Below, one piece after another: positions 45,456-58,983 of a stretch of 64,000 bases of DNA (the stretch's first letter is position 1; each line of letters begins with the position of its first letter). The position numbers and the translations under genes are program-made. Source of the stretch: Balanoglossus misakiensis (taxonomy: Eukaryota; Animalia; Hemichordata); NCBI GenBank assembly GCA_040954595.2, contig CM082582.2, forward strand, positions 5,440,303-5,504,302. The letters run 5' to 3'. Below the pieces are notes generated by a model, which saw only the letters and a program-made list of their open reading frames with translations, was not told where the DNA came from and searched no databases.

Positions 45456-48400
45456 TCATTCTTTAGGGCCGAAGATAACATCGTGAAACTGTAAAGGAAC
45501 AGTCAAACTATTTAAAATAAACCGCAGGACTAATGAATATAAAAATTTAAAAGTGAATATTACAGAATTGTAATATGAAGCCACGAAAACATCAGATTCT
45601 ATCATGGAGATAATCAACGAAACTGCCTCCATGCTCGTCATTTTTCCCTGTAGTATAATAAAACAAAGACATTTCCTCACCCTGACTCGAGGGGGCACTT
45701 TAAGCATATACATTACTATGTCAGCAACGTCATCTACGGTCAGCACCTGCGGAATAAAAGACTTATAGTTAGGATGTAAAATGGAAGACCTAACAAAGAT
45801 TAAGTGTTTTCTTTCGAATATCTGAATGTTATAGACAATTATGTCCAGTAGAAATAACCGAACGATTCTAACTCCAGATAGATTTTAATTTTGGCCTTGT
45901 GACGTCATACATGTGCTCATTCTTATATCTCAGCACTTTTTCTGCAATCTTGTCGTTTTTCTTCGATCTCGTCGCTTGCTATGACAATATAATTAAAAGA
46001 AGCAAAGCAGATGAAACCTCTTTGCTCCGCTGATACGCCAATATTTCTTCTCTGCTCCCAGGATACATGCGGCAGGCAAACTCTGATATCACTTGGCCTG
46101 GAGAAATCATCTGGATAAGGGGTGGGGGAATAAATTGAAACAAAATCAACACTAGTGCGGAATCTTGTACAGAGAGGATATGCGATTGTGCCAAAGAGCA
46201 ATGTTTATAGCGCTGAAATTTCGACTTTCTTTTTAAAGCAAACGCTTCGTGCACGCAAAAAGAGTTACACGTAAATACGTTCGATCAGTACGCGTAGCGC
46301 CGATGTCACGTGACAACCAGACGCCGCGGAACGGCAAGCCACACTTCTATACGCGTGCGTATAATCATGAATACGTGTAACATTTTGTCGGATTGTCTCA
46401 ATTGATCTCTGTAAGTGCAATTGTGATGTAGCTATATGGTGTACGTCGAAGGATACGGTCCTATCAAATGGATCCCACTTAAGATTTTGGTGTCGGGCGC
46501 AAAAATTAAAGGAGCAACGATTTGTAATACTATTCAGTGGAATGACGACATACCGAGACCCGGATGTTTGAGCCAGCTTCGGCCAGCTCCTGTCGCAAGC
46601 CTTCCGTTAAAGCTTTTACCATGGCTTTGGTTCCAGCGTAGAAATTTGCGTCCATCCACTCCTTCTTGATTGTGTGCCCCGCCAAACTACATGTATAAGT
46701 ACACAATTAGTTCGAGTCAATCATGTGTAATACATGTATGTGTAGAGATACAACCGAATATTTGACAAAAGTATATTGTATTTTTACAATAATTCGCGGC
46801 GGTATCAGAATACAATAATTATTCAAATGAGGACGCGGAGTCCCATAACACAGAGGGTTATTGGATGCTACGGTATTGTCCTCGACAAAGCCCGGTATTT
46901 TGTGAATAACCTTATATAGTACGACAGTCAAAATAGTGCATTAAGCATTTTAGGGGAATCTACCTGAACATCCATCAATCAAAGTACAGACGTGTTACTA
47001 TTTGCTCTTACCTTCCAATGTTTATGATATAGCCATCATCGATCTCACGTGATTTCATCACCTTCAATGTTTCCCTTGCACAAATTGACAGAGCCAATAC
47101 GTTTACCTGTGCAACACACAAATAGCCACTTGCAAACCAAAAGAATCTTAAAGGGACAAAGTCTCTCTCTCGCTGCCCTTTTTATGCATTATGTTTGATA
47201 CAAGACGCCGTTTGTGTTAATGTACATGCGGATATATAGTGAATCAATGTTCAGCCACACACAACTTCCATCCCACTTGTAGACACGAGAGTGAAAAAAA
47301 ATAGCCAAAATGAATAATCGGTCTCTACCATTTATTCATTTTGGGCGAGTTTTTAGTCTCATATCATACAAGCGGGATGGAAGTTGTGTGTGGTTGAACA
47401 TTCATTCAATTCACTACATATACACGTGTACATTAACATAAACAGTGTCTTGTATCAAACATAATTAATGGAATAATGGCAGCGAGAGCGGAGACTTTGT
47501 CCCTTTAAAGATCCATGCATGAGCCACAAGCGTTGACGGTAAATTCAAAATAAAAAGTTACTTGCCCCTTTCATCTGTCGCGATTGTATAGGTGGGGTGG
47601 AATACGTCTTTCTGTTAGAATGTCATATCTGGCCAATGAAGTTCCCATTACATAAATGCAATGACTAAGTGTGTTTTTTTATGTCGATTACAACACTTAC
47701 TTCAAACATTTCCCGCCATTTCTCTGTGTCGCCCGACATAAGACGCTCGCTATAAGCAAGGCCAGCGTTGTTTATGCAAATGTCAAGTCTACCGTACTTC
47801 TTCTTGATGTCCTCAAACATTGCCAGGATTTCGTCTTCCTTCCTCAAGTCACACTTGACGGCACACAGGTCAATCTTTCTTGAATCGTCCAATTTCTGCA
47901 GTTCGCTTTCGATTTCCTGAAAGAAAGAATTTGAAACTAGTGCAGATGAAAATATATTTCACTTTGGCGGGTAAAACATTCCGTGTTGAACGTACGCACT
48001 TTTTATAGTGAGTAACCAGTGACGTCACAGAAATTTAAATGAGCGCGACACAAGGTAAAATATATTCAAGCAATATGGAGGTCATCTATATTAATGCAAA
48101 GTACTCTTAACGATGTATGATAAATTTAAATGTGGTTATTTCTTTTAATTGTGGGTTTATGGATTCTCCTTGTATGTATAATAACATCCGTTAAAATATA
48201 GGGGTAACCGCGCTTGTTTTCGAAATACGAATATAGTCGATCATTGAAGAGTCAGCATTTTTCATCAATGGTTTGACTATGGGGAAAACATCTAACTAAG
48301 TTTAACTTTGTTATTGTGCAAAATGTGAATTCAAGTCCGGACTAGAATTCATTTGTCAACAATAACAGTTACACACACATAGGCTATATGTTGACAAGTG

Positions 48401-48879
48401 GAGTATTAGGTAATAGAGCATGCTGTTCAGTGTAAAGTGAAACATTGTATTTGGCAGACAGAAAAAATACTGGAAATAACGCCAACAGTTACAGGTAATG
48501 TCCCTACAACGTGACATGGGATAAGGAGGTGTCTCTTAAGTACGACTGTCTGAAAATATGGTCTTTTAGATGTACTATTGTGAGGCGTGTCCCGTTAACT
48601 ACTGAAGTCAACACAAGGTGAACGACCTTTTCTTGTCAAAGTCCGAAGTGTGCCCGATTTCAATAAATCGCCGGAGAGTACATCGGATAACCCGAGGTTA
48701 AATAAAACTAATCAATGACAATCAATAATGCAGTGGTATTATGCTACCTCTATCTTGGCTCTCTGTCGTCCGCAAGCGATCACCCGAATGCCGTGCAGCA
48801 GGAGATGTTTAGTGATGGCATGTCCAATGCCCGTCGAGGCTCCTGTCACTAAGGCCACTCTGCCGTTCCAACGCTCCAT
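45456..48879 (-). CDS. DHRS11: Short-chain dehydrogenase/reductase, DHRS11-like
   Basis: Exons 48748-48879 (MERWNGRVALVTGASTGIG), 47701-47916 (CDL...INNAG), 47012-47106, 46554-46686 (catalytic YAGTK), 46018-46110 (ISPG), 45681-45746 and 45456-45488; all GT-AG and in frame. Confidence 0.88.
47148..47508. mobile_element. Full-length palindromic MITE with TTAA target site duplication (Kolobok-like) in DHRS11 intron 2
   Basis: TTAA|AGGGACAAAGTCTC...GAGACTTTGTCCCT|TTAA; the arms are complementary over most of the element. Confidence 0.85.
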
Positions 48880-51800
48880 TCTCAGTCAGTGGTGTACAGT
48901 ATTCTTTATGCTGTGAACAAGAGTGTAGTATTATACTAGTTGATGCTTTCAGCTCAGTCAAACCACCAAACTGACGTGTACCAGCGTCGGCGCGTTCCGC
49001 AGCTCTCGAAGGGGAGAGGTCGGTCACTGTGGCCAGGGTCTTGTTTACCTCATTTAAATGTTTACTCCTTGTAAGATAACAATGAGTGACAGTCTTTCAG
49101 CCAATGCATTGGGATAACCTGGTCCTCAGGCCGCGGTCACGCAACGCTATCACAAGACATTTCTTGCTGAAATATTTGGAGGACACCACGCGTGCAACAC
49201 TTGCACTGATCGCCACATGTACGCCTAGAGTAATAATTCTGGCACTAATTCAGAGCCATTACTGAGAAATGCAAGAGAAAGTTAACACCTCGCCCATTAG
49301 CAGCTGTGAGTCTATTGTTCTCGCTGATGCCGTCACAAGTAGAACGAATATCGCTACAATGGCCAACTACAGTGACCAGAGCTCCGAAAGTTATGAACAG
49401 TCGATCGTTTTCTCAGATGACAACAGTAACGATTCATTCCAGTTGTTGCCTAAGAATACTTACCGGCGGTTGATCAGAAGCAAGACCTTTCTTTTCTTTA
49501 AAAGAAACATTTATCAAGACATTTATCAAGTTTTAGTTTACATTACTGGAATGTGTGTCGGGTCAAGAGTTGAAAAGTTCCTTTAGGTCTTTTCCGGCTC
49601 CTAAATTATATGGGTAGGCCTACACTCGACCGGCCTATTTTCCCCAGGTGGGGAACTGAATACCTCTCTTCGGTCAATTTTTGGCTGACAATATGCAGGG
49701 TCGAACGACCTTTTCATGGTTTCCGAAGTGTGTCAGTTCGCCACTCGCCACCCTTAATTAAGCCCTTGTCAAGCTCTGAACGATCGACAATAGCAGGCGT
49801 CGGCTTCCTCCCTTGAGAGTTTTTCTTTCAAGACCTTACCTGTGTGTGTGTGAGTAGGCCCATAGACGAGTGGAAATAATGCTATCAATATAAACTCGTA
49901 TAGGAGAAGGTCGATGTTCTTCGCTCCGAAGTTATTAGACATGATATTCTCATTGACTAGATAAAATAATCGTCACCGAACCACCCTTCTTGCAATTGCC
50001 TTTTGTAGTTTTCTTTGTTCTTTTTATACGCAAGCGGACATAATTACGTAAATCATGTACTTTCAGGTCAATCCTTACATAAACCAAAAGCAACCCAAAA
50101 AGGCATGATATGACTAGGGTAGCGTGGAAAGTGTATTGTATAAGACGTCTATCTCTGCCTGTTTGACTGGTGTCTATTATACTAACATTTATCAAGACTT
50201 TCTGTAATGAAATAAAAACAAGATTTCATCACCAGAAATAAAATAGTATCGATCGACCTGTTTTATCAAAATATTGACCAGGATTTTCCTCAATTTTCAT
50301 ACCTGCTAATGAAACCAGCCTTTTGATTTCACACCTTTGACATTATAGTAAACTTCCTGGTTAAAACTACTGGGCTGAAATGAACGTTTCTGATTATATC
50401 GGCGAGTAGCCGACTTGTTTTTTTTCAGTATTCAATAAACAAGCCCACAATCTCATATCCCTTATTGACAACAGGGTTAACATGTGATCTAGATCCTTGC
50501 TGTGCGCGTATATAGATATCTGCTCGGCCCAAGGCCTTCTCGTTGCAGCGGACGTCACTCCAAAAAGGTCGCTTGACCTCTCTGTGAACGTGTTCGTATA
50601 AGACCTTGGTATTCACCGTTTCACTAACTCTGTATAGGATATTGCCGTTTGTTATTAAAGACGGGCATGGTATGGGAGAGGCTGAACTCTCAAGTTCAAG
50701 AGTGTAAACAACGAGTTCAAATAAGCCGGTCGGAGACTGCTCACCGTAATGTCACGGTGGACTTACTGTTTGAAGGAGGACATTCTAAAGTTGTCGGTTG
50801 AGAAACCGACTGTACACATGGTAAACGGGCGGCGGCTTGCCAGGGCTTGTAAATGACCTAAATCTTTGCTAAGTAGGCCATGTGTATTTTCTTCTGTTGG
50901 TTTGTGCTGCTTGTTACAGAGGGCGCCGCCACCGTGCAAAACCAGATATGAACTGAATGTCCTCGCGTGATTGTGGCGCGTCAATTCACTCAAGTTCTCG
51001 CGCGCGTTGCAGGGCAGAACGATACATGAGAAACTACTCTGAACAAAGTTTTATCCCGAACTAATAAAATGAAACTTGAAGATTTTATGCGATAAACAAT
51101 TCTTTGCTACGTACACGTACATCGCTAACCAAGCTATGGTGGCTGGCCGTTCGTCCTGGTTTCACTATTTATACATCACGTTGTATAGTAAGCACAGTGC
51201 CACACTATGCACTATCATCTACAGTTATGACACAAACTCGCCCATAATATACTAGTATATGCTTTCACCAGCGACACGTGTCTTGTTTTTGATCAAGTTC
51301 AGTACGTTTCATTAGGTAGAAAAACAAATTTACTCTCGAACGTCAATTGACATCAACATGAAAAAAAAACGACCAATCAAACAGCAAGGTGTTGGGAAAC
51401 CAATTTATTGCGAACTCGACTCTCTCTTATCGCAGTTGTCAGTTTCAGTGGGGACGTAATATTAAATTGAGTGATAGTGTTTGTGTCACGCAAATCAAGT
51501 TGAAGATGAGTTCCACGTTCTGCTTATTTGGCCAAAATAGCAAGTTACTAATTTAACCCGATTGTTATATGTGTAAATGTAATACATTGTTGTCTTCTGA
51601 AAACGTAAATTCCACAAGCAATCTTAGTATAACATATATATTTATGCTACAAAACGTAGAGATGAATTAGTGAGAAATAGTATGTTTGGGATATATTTTA
51701 ATTGCACTCCTGTGATCATGTTTGTAATAATATATGTATCCCTCTAGTGACGTATATCAAGAATATTTTTACCTTTTGGCCAGAGACCAGTAGAACTGAA

Positions 51801-52303
51801 ATAAACTTGATTACATCATAATACTTACAACTAACATGGTAAATTTCGGAACACATGTACAAATCTATTCTAGTAAGTAAACTATATCTGCTGTCCTCAA
51901 AGCTATTTCTAAATTCTCAGTAATATAAGGACGGACTACATCTGACTGTCCAGCGCAACATTTCTCAGTTATTTTTTTTTGTCATTAGAATCATATGAAA
52001 CACAACCGAGCGACCATTGCCCAAAATCGCCATCTTCTTTAACATTTATAATGTTCTGGCCTCCAAATCATGGTATTTCGTCCGAATAGGTCTAATTGAA
52101 GTCATTTTGACCCCATTTTCTTCCTACGAGCAGATTAGCAGCAGTAGAATCTGTCAATGTTCATATACGATGAGGAGATACTCAAAAGACTATCGACAAG
52201 ACGACAGCTCTCCATGACAACGTCGTCACGGCTGAATCAGGAATCGAATAACTAAATTTCTGCGTCGGATCTTTTTTGAAAGGTTGGTGGTAGAGCGAAT
52301 ACT

Positions 52304-55300
52304 TCATTCGAATCCCTTCGCTGCCATCTCGGCCTCCACTCTGTCAAGGTAAGAAGGATCCGGATATCCATGGCTGTAACGGAGATATATACGGAAGGAT
52401 TACTGACTTTTCAATCTATGCCAAGGGATCCAATACCAGGTTCACACAGGGTAAAATTCGAAACGTTTCAGAGACACTATTTGCTTATGGTAAACAGGGA
52501 GCATTAATCCTTCGAGTCACGTTCTGTCCACACACACATAGTTTGTGTATGTACGCTGAGGTTTGGTCCCATAGACAATGAGTTGAGGAGAGGTGCTTAA
52601 TCCTTACGCCGGCTCTGGTCTGGCCGGCAAAGCCGTCTCAAATCTGAGACGTTTCAGGACCACTTAAACCGTTCACACTTAATAATTTACGCCAGTATTT
52701 GATCTGAGACGTTTCAGAAACGTCTTAATGGTCCCTGTGTGACCCCACATACGATTTCTATCGGAATATAATTCTAGCAATGATAAAGATTCTAATGCTG
52801 GATTCAGTGGTATGTAAAATCACATCGGTGCATTATCTGAGGAGTCGCGTGTACACCTTCTGGTAATTACATAAAAGATACAAACTTACTTAGCTGGTCC
52901 TCCTGTCGGACTAGTTTTGAGGTGAATGTCGTTCAAGACCACAACATCGTCATTCCCTATTGAGATCGATTTCCCGATTTTGAACAGCAGACGGTGTTCG
53001 AAGGTCCTCTTCAGCAGCGACAAGACTCGCAGACCCTGTCCGTTTGCCGGCAGGTAAGCCGTGATCCTCGCACCGAGGTATCGCTTTCCGGGATTGGGGT
53101 GGCGCTTCTGCAAACGTGGATTGCGATATACATGTACATGTATACTAGTACATAATGTCCCTGTGCATCAGTATACATGCATAATTTATTTTTGCTTTCT
53201 TGTCACGAATCCGCCACACATCTTGCTACGCTCTTTTCCCATGAAGCGCAAAATTTGCTAATCCGGTAAAATATCTCTATATATGTTTTCTTGAATGTCT
53301 ATACTGTTTGTGCTGTATCGTTAAGTGACCGTCTTTGCAACTGGCCGCGTAAACACTGTATATTTGATCTATGAACTTTAGAATATGGACGGATGTGATA
53401 GCAAACATATATCATGAAGTGGTGAGGTGCAAACGGAAAAGGAGTCAATGGATAATGACGCAATTCCAGATATGAAACATTTCATTTTCTACGTTTGCCT
53501 TCTTTTTAATTCATGTCTTAATTTTTGTTAACATAATTATAATTTCTCACCTGTTGAACACCGTTGGGAAAATTATAGTCTATAACTATCGTTCCAACGC
53601 CTTCGTGACCAGGTAGGTGACGTTTGTTTTCGTGTTTGAAGTCCATCTTACCGTCATCAGGTTGGGATCCTTTCGCCACCAAGACGACCAGTGTGCAAAA
53701 TGGACACTTTGCAGAACGCTTGAAATGCTTGTTGAAGCAACCGTCGCAGATTACATCCTGGCAACAGTTCATTGACCTGAAGTTGGCCCCTGTCTTCGAG
53801 CAACTGCTGCATCTGTCCTCCCCGGCCAGTGACGCGGCGACGTCGTCCTTGTCCAACGCTACGTTTGTCGACTTCACGTGAGTGCTGAGCCGCGTCACCC
53901 CGCTGCTGCTACTCCACTCCTCGCGCCTCACCTCGTCCGAATACATGTACGCGTCATGCGCGTCTGACGCTGGCGCCGATGCGCGCACCTCACGGCCAAC
54001 GCCGGCTCGAGCGGCAGCGTGAGATCTCGCGGGATAGGCCGCGCTGTCGTCCAGCGGAGGAGCAGTTATGACGTCGGGATCGATCTCCGGAAGGCCAGCA
54101 CCCGTCAGCTGGTCAGCAGGCACGGCGTGACAGAACTCAAGGAGAAATTCGCCCGTTGCTTCCACGTCAAAGAGAACAATGCGGATTTCATCCAGCATGG
54201 TGGTTTTATCGCGCAGGGAAGAAAATTCTAGAACGGCTTTATGGAAAATACTTGCGCAGATGTCGACTGGCATTCCATACACACCTAAAAATAAAACCGA
54301 AACAGAGAATACACAGATGATTACCGTCAGCGTCAAGATTGATTGAACACATTTAGCATATAACGGGGGGAAGAAGGGGAAACGAAGGGGAGAGGGGGTG
54401 AGGGAATGAATGAATGAATGAATGAATGAACGAATGAATGAATGAATGAATGAATGAATGAATGAATGAATGAATGAATGAATGAATGAATGAATGAATG
54501 AATGAATGAATGAATGAATGAATGAATGAATGAATGAATGACGGTGGACGGACGGATGGATGGATGGATGGATATAAAATCCACACGAAGCATATTCAGT
54601 AGAGCTATGTCACATTACCTGTTCCGATAGCTGGTACGGCCAACGACTTTGCCTTCAAAAACTTCGATGCATACGTGAATAACTTCAACAACAGAACAAG
54701 AAGTAGATGTTTGGAGTTTTCTCTTTCCACTCTCCACATAGGCGCCACTGCGTGAATGACGTGTTTGCTTTTCAATTTGCCCGCCGTGGTGTGGCAGACG
54801 GCACCAACAGGTAGCACGCCGTATTCACAAATGATCCTGTCGCAGTCTCTTTGGATGACGTAACCCCCAGAATCAACTATCGCCCAGGCAACCCCTCCCA
54901 CGTTATGCAAACTCTCATTGGCTGCGTTCACGATGACGTCGGCGTCGTCATCAGTCAAGTCACCAAGGTAGATGGAAACGTTGAGGCCCTCCGGAGTTTT
55001 GCGGAAATACCGCAGATTTTCCAGACATCTCGCGAGGTCGGTTTCGCCAGCGGTACCGTGGACATCAGGGGTGGACTTTTCTTTCGTTGGTGACAAGTCT
55101 TTTTCGCGGGGATCGTCGAAAGCAGTCTCGGGTGTCGCGTCTTCCTCGTAATCCATCGGCTCACTTTCTGGGACTTCGTCACCGTCTCCTTCCTCTGCCA
55201 GTTCGCCTGGAATAGCGCCATCTACGACCGCGAAGGCTTTGCGGCTCCCTGCTTTCGCTGCAACGACATCACTTTCAGTTTTGTCACCAGAAGCTCGCTC

Positions 55301-55965
55301 CTCAACTGTCTTCCCCGATAATGACCGAGGAATTTCCGACTCTCTTATGTCTGTGCCTCTCTCTCCTATATCCGGGCCCCTTGCTTTCATGCTAGGCTCC
55401 ATACTAGGCCTGAATTAAATGCAGAACAAATTCTTGCATTTAAATATAATTAAAACGTAACCTATTGAATGATGGTTATTCACGAGTCGACGAGATTTTT
55501 TACAGTTAAAAGTGGACTATGGACCCACTGTTGACGACGTGTTAACATAGGATGGATTGGACACAAAAAACGAGCCAACGTCATCTCACACGAAAGGCCA
55601 ATGTCAGCCAGCCAGCTAGTTTTCATGCATTTAGTTTCGAGCGGTGACTGGGGTATCAGTACTTACTTCTGCCACATATAACACAAAATTAACAAACCCT
55701 GACAGACTTGTAGGTCAGACCATTGTCAGACGTAGCTCTGTGAGGCAGGACTTTGTGTACAGCCCTGTCACGAATAGACAGGTCAGGCGTAGACGGACTT
55801 TGCCTATATGTTAATATGGCGGTATAAGCTACACAAATCACTGAAATTGTTGTAGCTAGGCTAGACTATAAGCAGTGTATAAGCATCGGTGCTGTATTGG
55901 ATGTGAGAGTTCCAAGTTCAAACAGCCTACCTGTCTGATAACGATACGCTGTCCTGACTCGACAT
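52304..55965 (-). CDS. Macrodomain - RING - Deltex C-terminal (DTC) E3 ubiquitin ligase (gene D1)
   Basis: Exons 55931-55965 (probable start), 54619-55409 ([26 protein letters not shown]), 53551-54284 (GVYGMP; RING CSSC..CCQDVICDGC..CPFC; GSQP..LPGHEGVGTIVIDYNFPNG), 52890-53107 (HPNPGKRY..AYLP..IHLKT) and 52304-52373 (HGYPDPSYL..EMAAKG). Confidence 0.88.
52434..52746. mobile_element. GAGACGTTTCAG-family MITE copy in the last intron of D1
   Basis: Homologous to 27086-27350; termini ggttcacacagg ... cctgtgtgaccc. Confidence 0.75.
54404..54540. repeat. (GAAT)n microsatellite
   Basis: Near-perfect tetranucleotide array in a D1 intron. Confidence 0.97.
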
Positions 55966-56945
55966 ATTCAAAGCACAGTAAACACCGAGGAATCTTGTGC
56001 CCCTGCACCGCCACACAACAATCAGTGGTCAAGCAGAATGGCGTCGGGTGTTTTCCTTGACTGCAGTTCTACGAAGGGCCAAATCGAAACAAATTATGAC
56101 GTTTCCCTAGTATTGTACATGTATTCACACAATTCTACGAAAGCGCGCCTTGTGTATTTCGACGAATCATGAATAATTAATTATTAGGCGGGGGTTTCCC
56201 CATTCGTTGTGTACAGCCCAAGTGATGTCACTGTATAACCTTTAACCTGCTTTGAACTTTTGCGTAGACAACGTTTAATATCAAATATTCATAAATCATG
56301 ATTAACTAATCAAATGATTCCCCTCATATAATCTATGCTACAATGACGACATTCCTCTATTTTGGTATTGGTCAACTCAAAATCTGGGCAGTTGTAATAC
56401 CACGAAATATTCCAAAGATTTGTTTCCAATTTTCTGTTTGTTTGTTTGTTGATCATTGTAAAACATGTGTGGGTCAGTGAAAATCAAACCTACCCACCAC
56501 TGTTTACAATATGTTAGTGTCATAAATCGATCTATACTTCCTTTCCATGTTTGGACTAATGTATATCCGTCAGAATTCACAACTACAAGATTAAGAAAGG
56601 TTCTGAAGTAAGTCGGAAAACATCCTCCGGGCTGATAGAAATTGCTCGTGAGACCATTTTATCCCCAAAAATCTTTATTGTTGAAAAATGATACAAATGA
56701 CCGACTAACTTAGACAAGAAACAAGTAAATAAGCAGGTAAATGCGATATCAGCGATCGATTATCATGAATCCCCTCCTCCGAAAAGACAAGCAAGTTTTT
56801 TAAATGATCTCGTCAGATTTTTTGTACGGAGATATTTTGCATGGACAGAAGTCAATATGTTTGAAGTGTCTGTATTACGCCATGTAGCATTCGTCATCAA
56901 CTCCTGCGTCCTACGTCACAGCCTCAAAATCCTTACTTATGTAAA

Positions 56946-58983
56946 TTAGATTATTCCCTTAGCAGCTAATTCGTGCCTGACTCTTGACAGATAAGTGGGG
57001 TCCGGGTAACCATACCTGTACAGAAAAATTATATGATATTTTCATTTAATAGAATTTGGGGTATTACTTTGTAGCCTTATATCTCCATAGCAACGTACGT
57101 GACAACGATTTGTTACCGGCAGCCTAATATCGCCGGGGTCGGACACAACTATATTACGACGTTTGTATGCAGTAAGACAGAAATAAAGCAAGAAGTGTAC
57201 AAGGGACATCACTTATGCAATTATATGAGAACATCATTGCGGGAATTATAATTGGAACACAGTCACCAGATAAGTTAACACCTTTTATTAAACCTTCAAG
57301 AATTGTAAATTCTTTGAGACTTTGCTGGGTTGTACAGTGGTGATACAGTGTACAATCTTGTAAGCCGAAACAGAATTTTGCTGGCCAACCGTGTTTATTA
57401 GATTCGCATACCCAGCATGTCGACCCATTCTCGCCAGACAGAGCTTAGCAACGCAGTAGCTGTGCAGCCGTAAAGAGGCCAGCGGTGTACGACGATCGGC
57501 AAACCTAGCCAAACGGCACAGATGTAACGATGGAAAAAAACACACTGACAGTGGGAATGGTCATGAAACTACTTGTAGTTGCAGAATGAAGCCTACTAAC
57601 CCCTCAGTGCCGCCATGGGTGCTGGTCTTGTGGTGTACACCGTTCCACACAACGCAGTTGTCGATGCCAGTTGTGACGGATCTGTCGACGGTGAACACGT
57701 GCTTCATCTCAAAGGCCCTCTGCAGAAGCGTGAGGATCTCCTTGCCTTCCTGGCTGGCAGGCAAATAAGCCGTTCTGTGTGTACCCGAGTACGGCATGCC
57801 CGGGTGGGGATGACAAGCCTACAGGTGATGGGGACAGAGTCAAATAATCACGATAATGTAACCTACACATTACAAAGCTTCAGTTTCAACAGGCCTCCAT
57901 GCACGTTTTAAGGATCCTACTTTGGTGACGCACTGAGCCTTGGGTACATAAGTCTAATTCTACTATATCGTTCTTCATATTCAATGTTGGAAAATAATTG
58001 AGAAAGAACAACTTAAAGATGGGTGCATGCGCGGGATTTTGAAAAAAAAAACGAAAATGAAAGTCTAAAATGCAGTCTTTCGGTTCTACTGAGACTGCCT
58101 AGCGTAACTATATGCATACACTGTTGAAATGAAACCAGAGTTCCACACAAAGCCCGGTGATTGTTTGTTCTCGTGTACTCTAGACTTCGGGTGTTTTCAC
58201 ATTTGGAAAATCACGAAGTCCATCTGGAGTACTAGACTAGATTATTGTATAGGACCTCCTATGAACGCTATGTAAAGTAAAAGTGAAAGATGTAACACAC
58301 TTGGTCAATATTTATCTCTAATAAGTTTGCAATAAAGAGTTTTCATCTGTTTGTCGTCAACATATTTCTCCTAATTTCCGCTCAATTATGACAATGTCCA
58401 AAGTACAATGTAGATGTAATTAAACATATTACATCTGCAAGGATTAAATTTTCCTTGTCGGGACGCTATCGTGGTTTTGACTCGCCCCTGCAGGGCAGCG
58501 CACAGCATCCGGTCGTTCATTATGCATGTAGTAGATTTGTAGATGTGAAAGGAATTTTACTTCAAACCTTCTTCAGCTGTGATTTTTACATATTCATGTA
58601 TGACATTATCGCCAGCTTGGGGTTCTACGGGAACAGAGTGTGCGTGTCATAATATATACCTGCTGAATTCCATTGGGGAAGGAATACGTAATCGTGATGG
58701 TTCCCTGTCCGTCGTGGCCGGGAAGATGGTAGCTGGCATTCACAGAATGACTCATCGCTCCCTGCGGCTGGTTTCCTTTCTTCGCCAAGACTATGGTCGT
58801 ACAAAACGGACATTTTCCGTCGAAGTTGAAGTGTCGATCGAAGCACGTGTGGCAGAAAGTGTTCTCGCAACATTTCATAGATTTCAAGTCAACGCCCTCA
58901 CCGGCGCAGATCTCGCACGCTCCCTTCTCCCGACAGCGAATGGCGATCTCAGTGGTCGACGATGACACAGATAAACTTAACAT
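56946..58983 (-). CDS. RING - DTC Deltex-like E3 ligase without a macrodomain (gene D2)
   Basis: Exons 58660-58983 (CEIC..CCENTFCHTC..CPFC; GNQP..LPGHDGQGTITITYSFPNG), 57601-57818 (HPHPG..AYLP..VVWNGVHHKT) and 56946-57015 ([15 protein letters not shown]). There is an in-frame stop just upstream of the ATG at 58983. Confidence 0.8.

Noticed and set aside
49269-49586. 105-aa + strand ORF divergent from DHRS11
   Set aside because: No recognisable domain or convincing splice structure; likely promoter or repeat-derived sequence.
49950-50201. Hydrophobic ORF that could be the TM exon of the sulfotransferase, which would nest DHRS11 inside it
   Set aside because: A better TM exon and start codon exist at 40942-41395; there is no other support.
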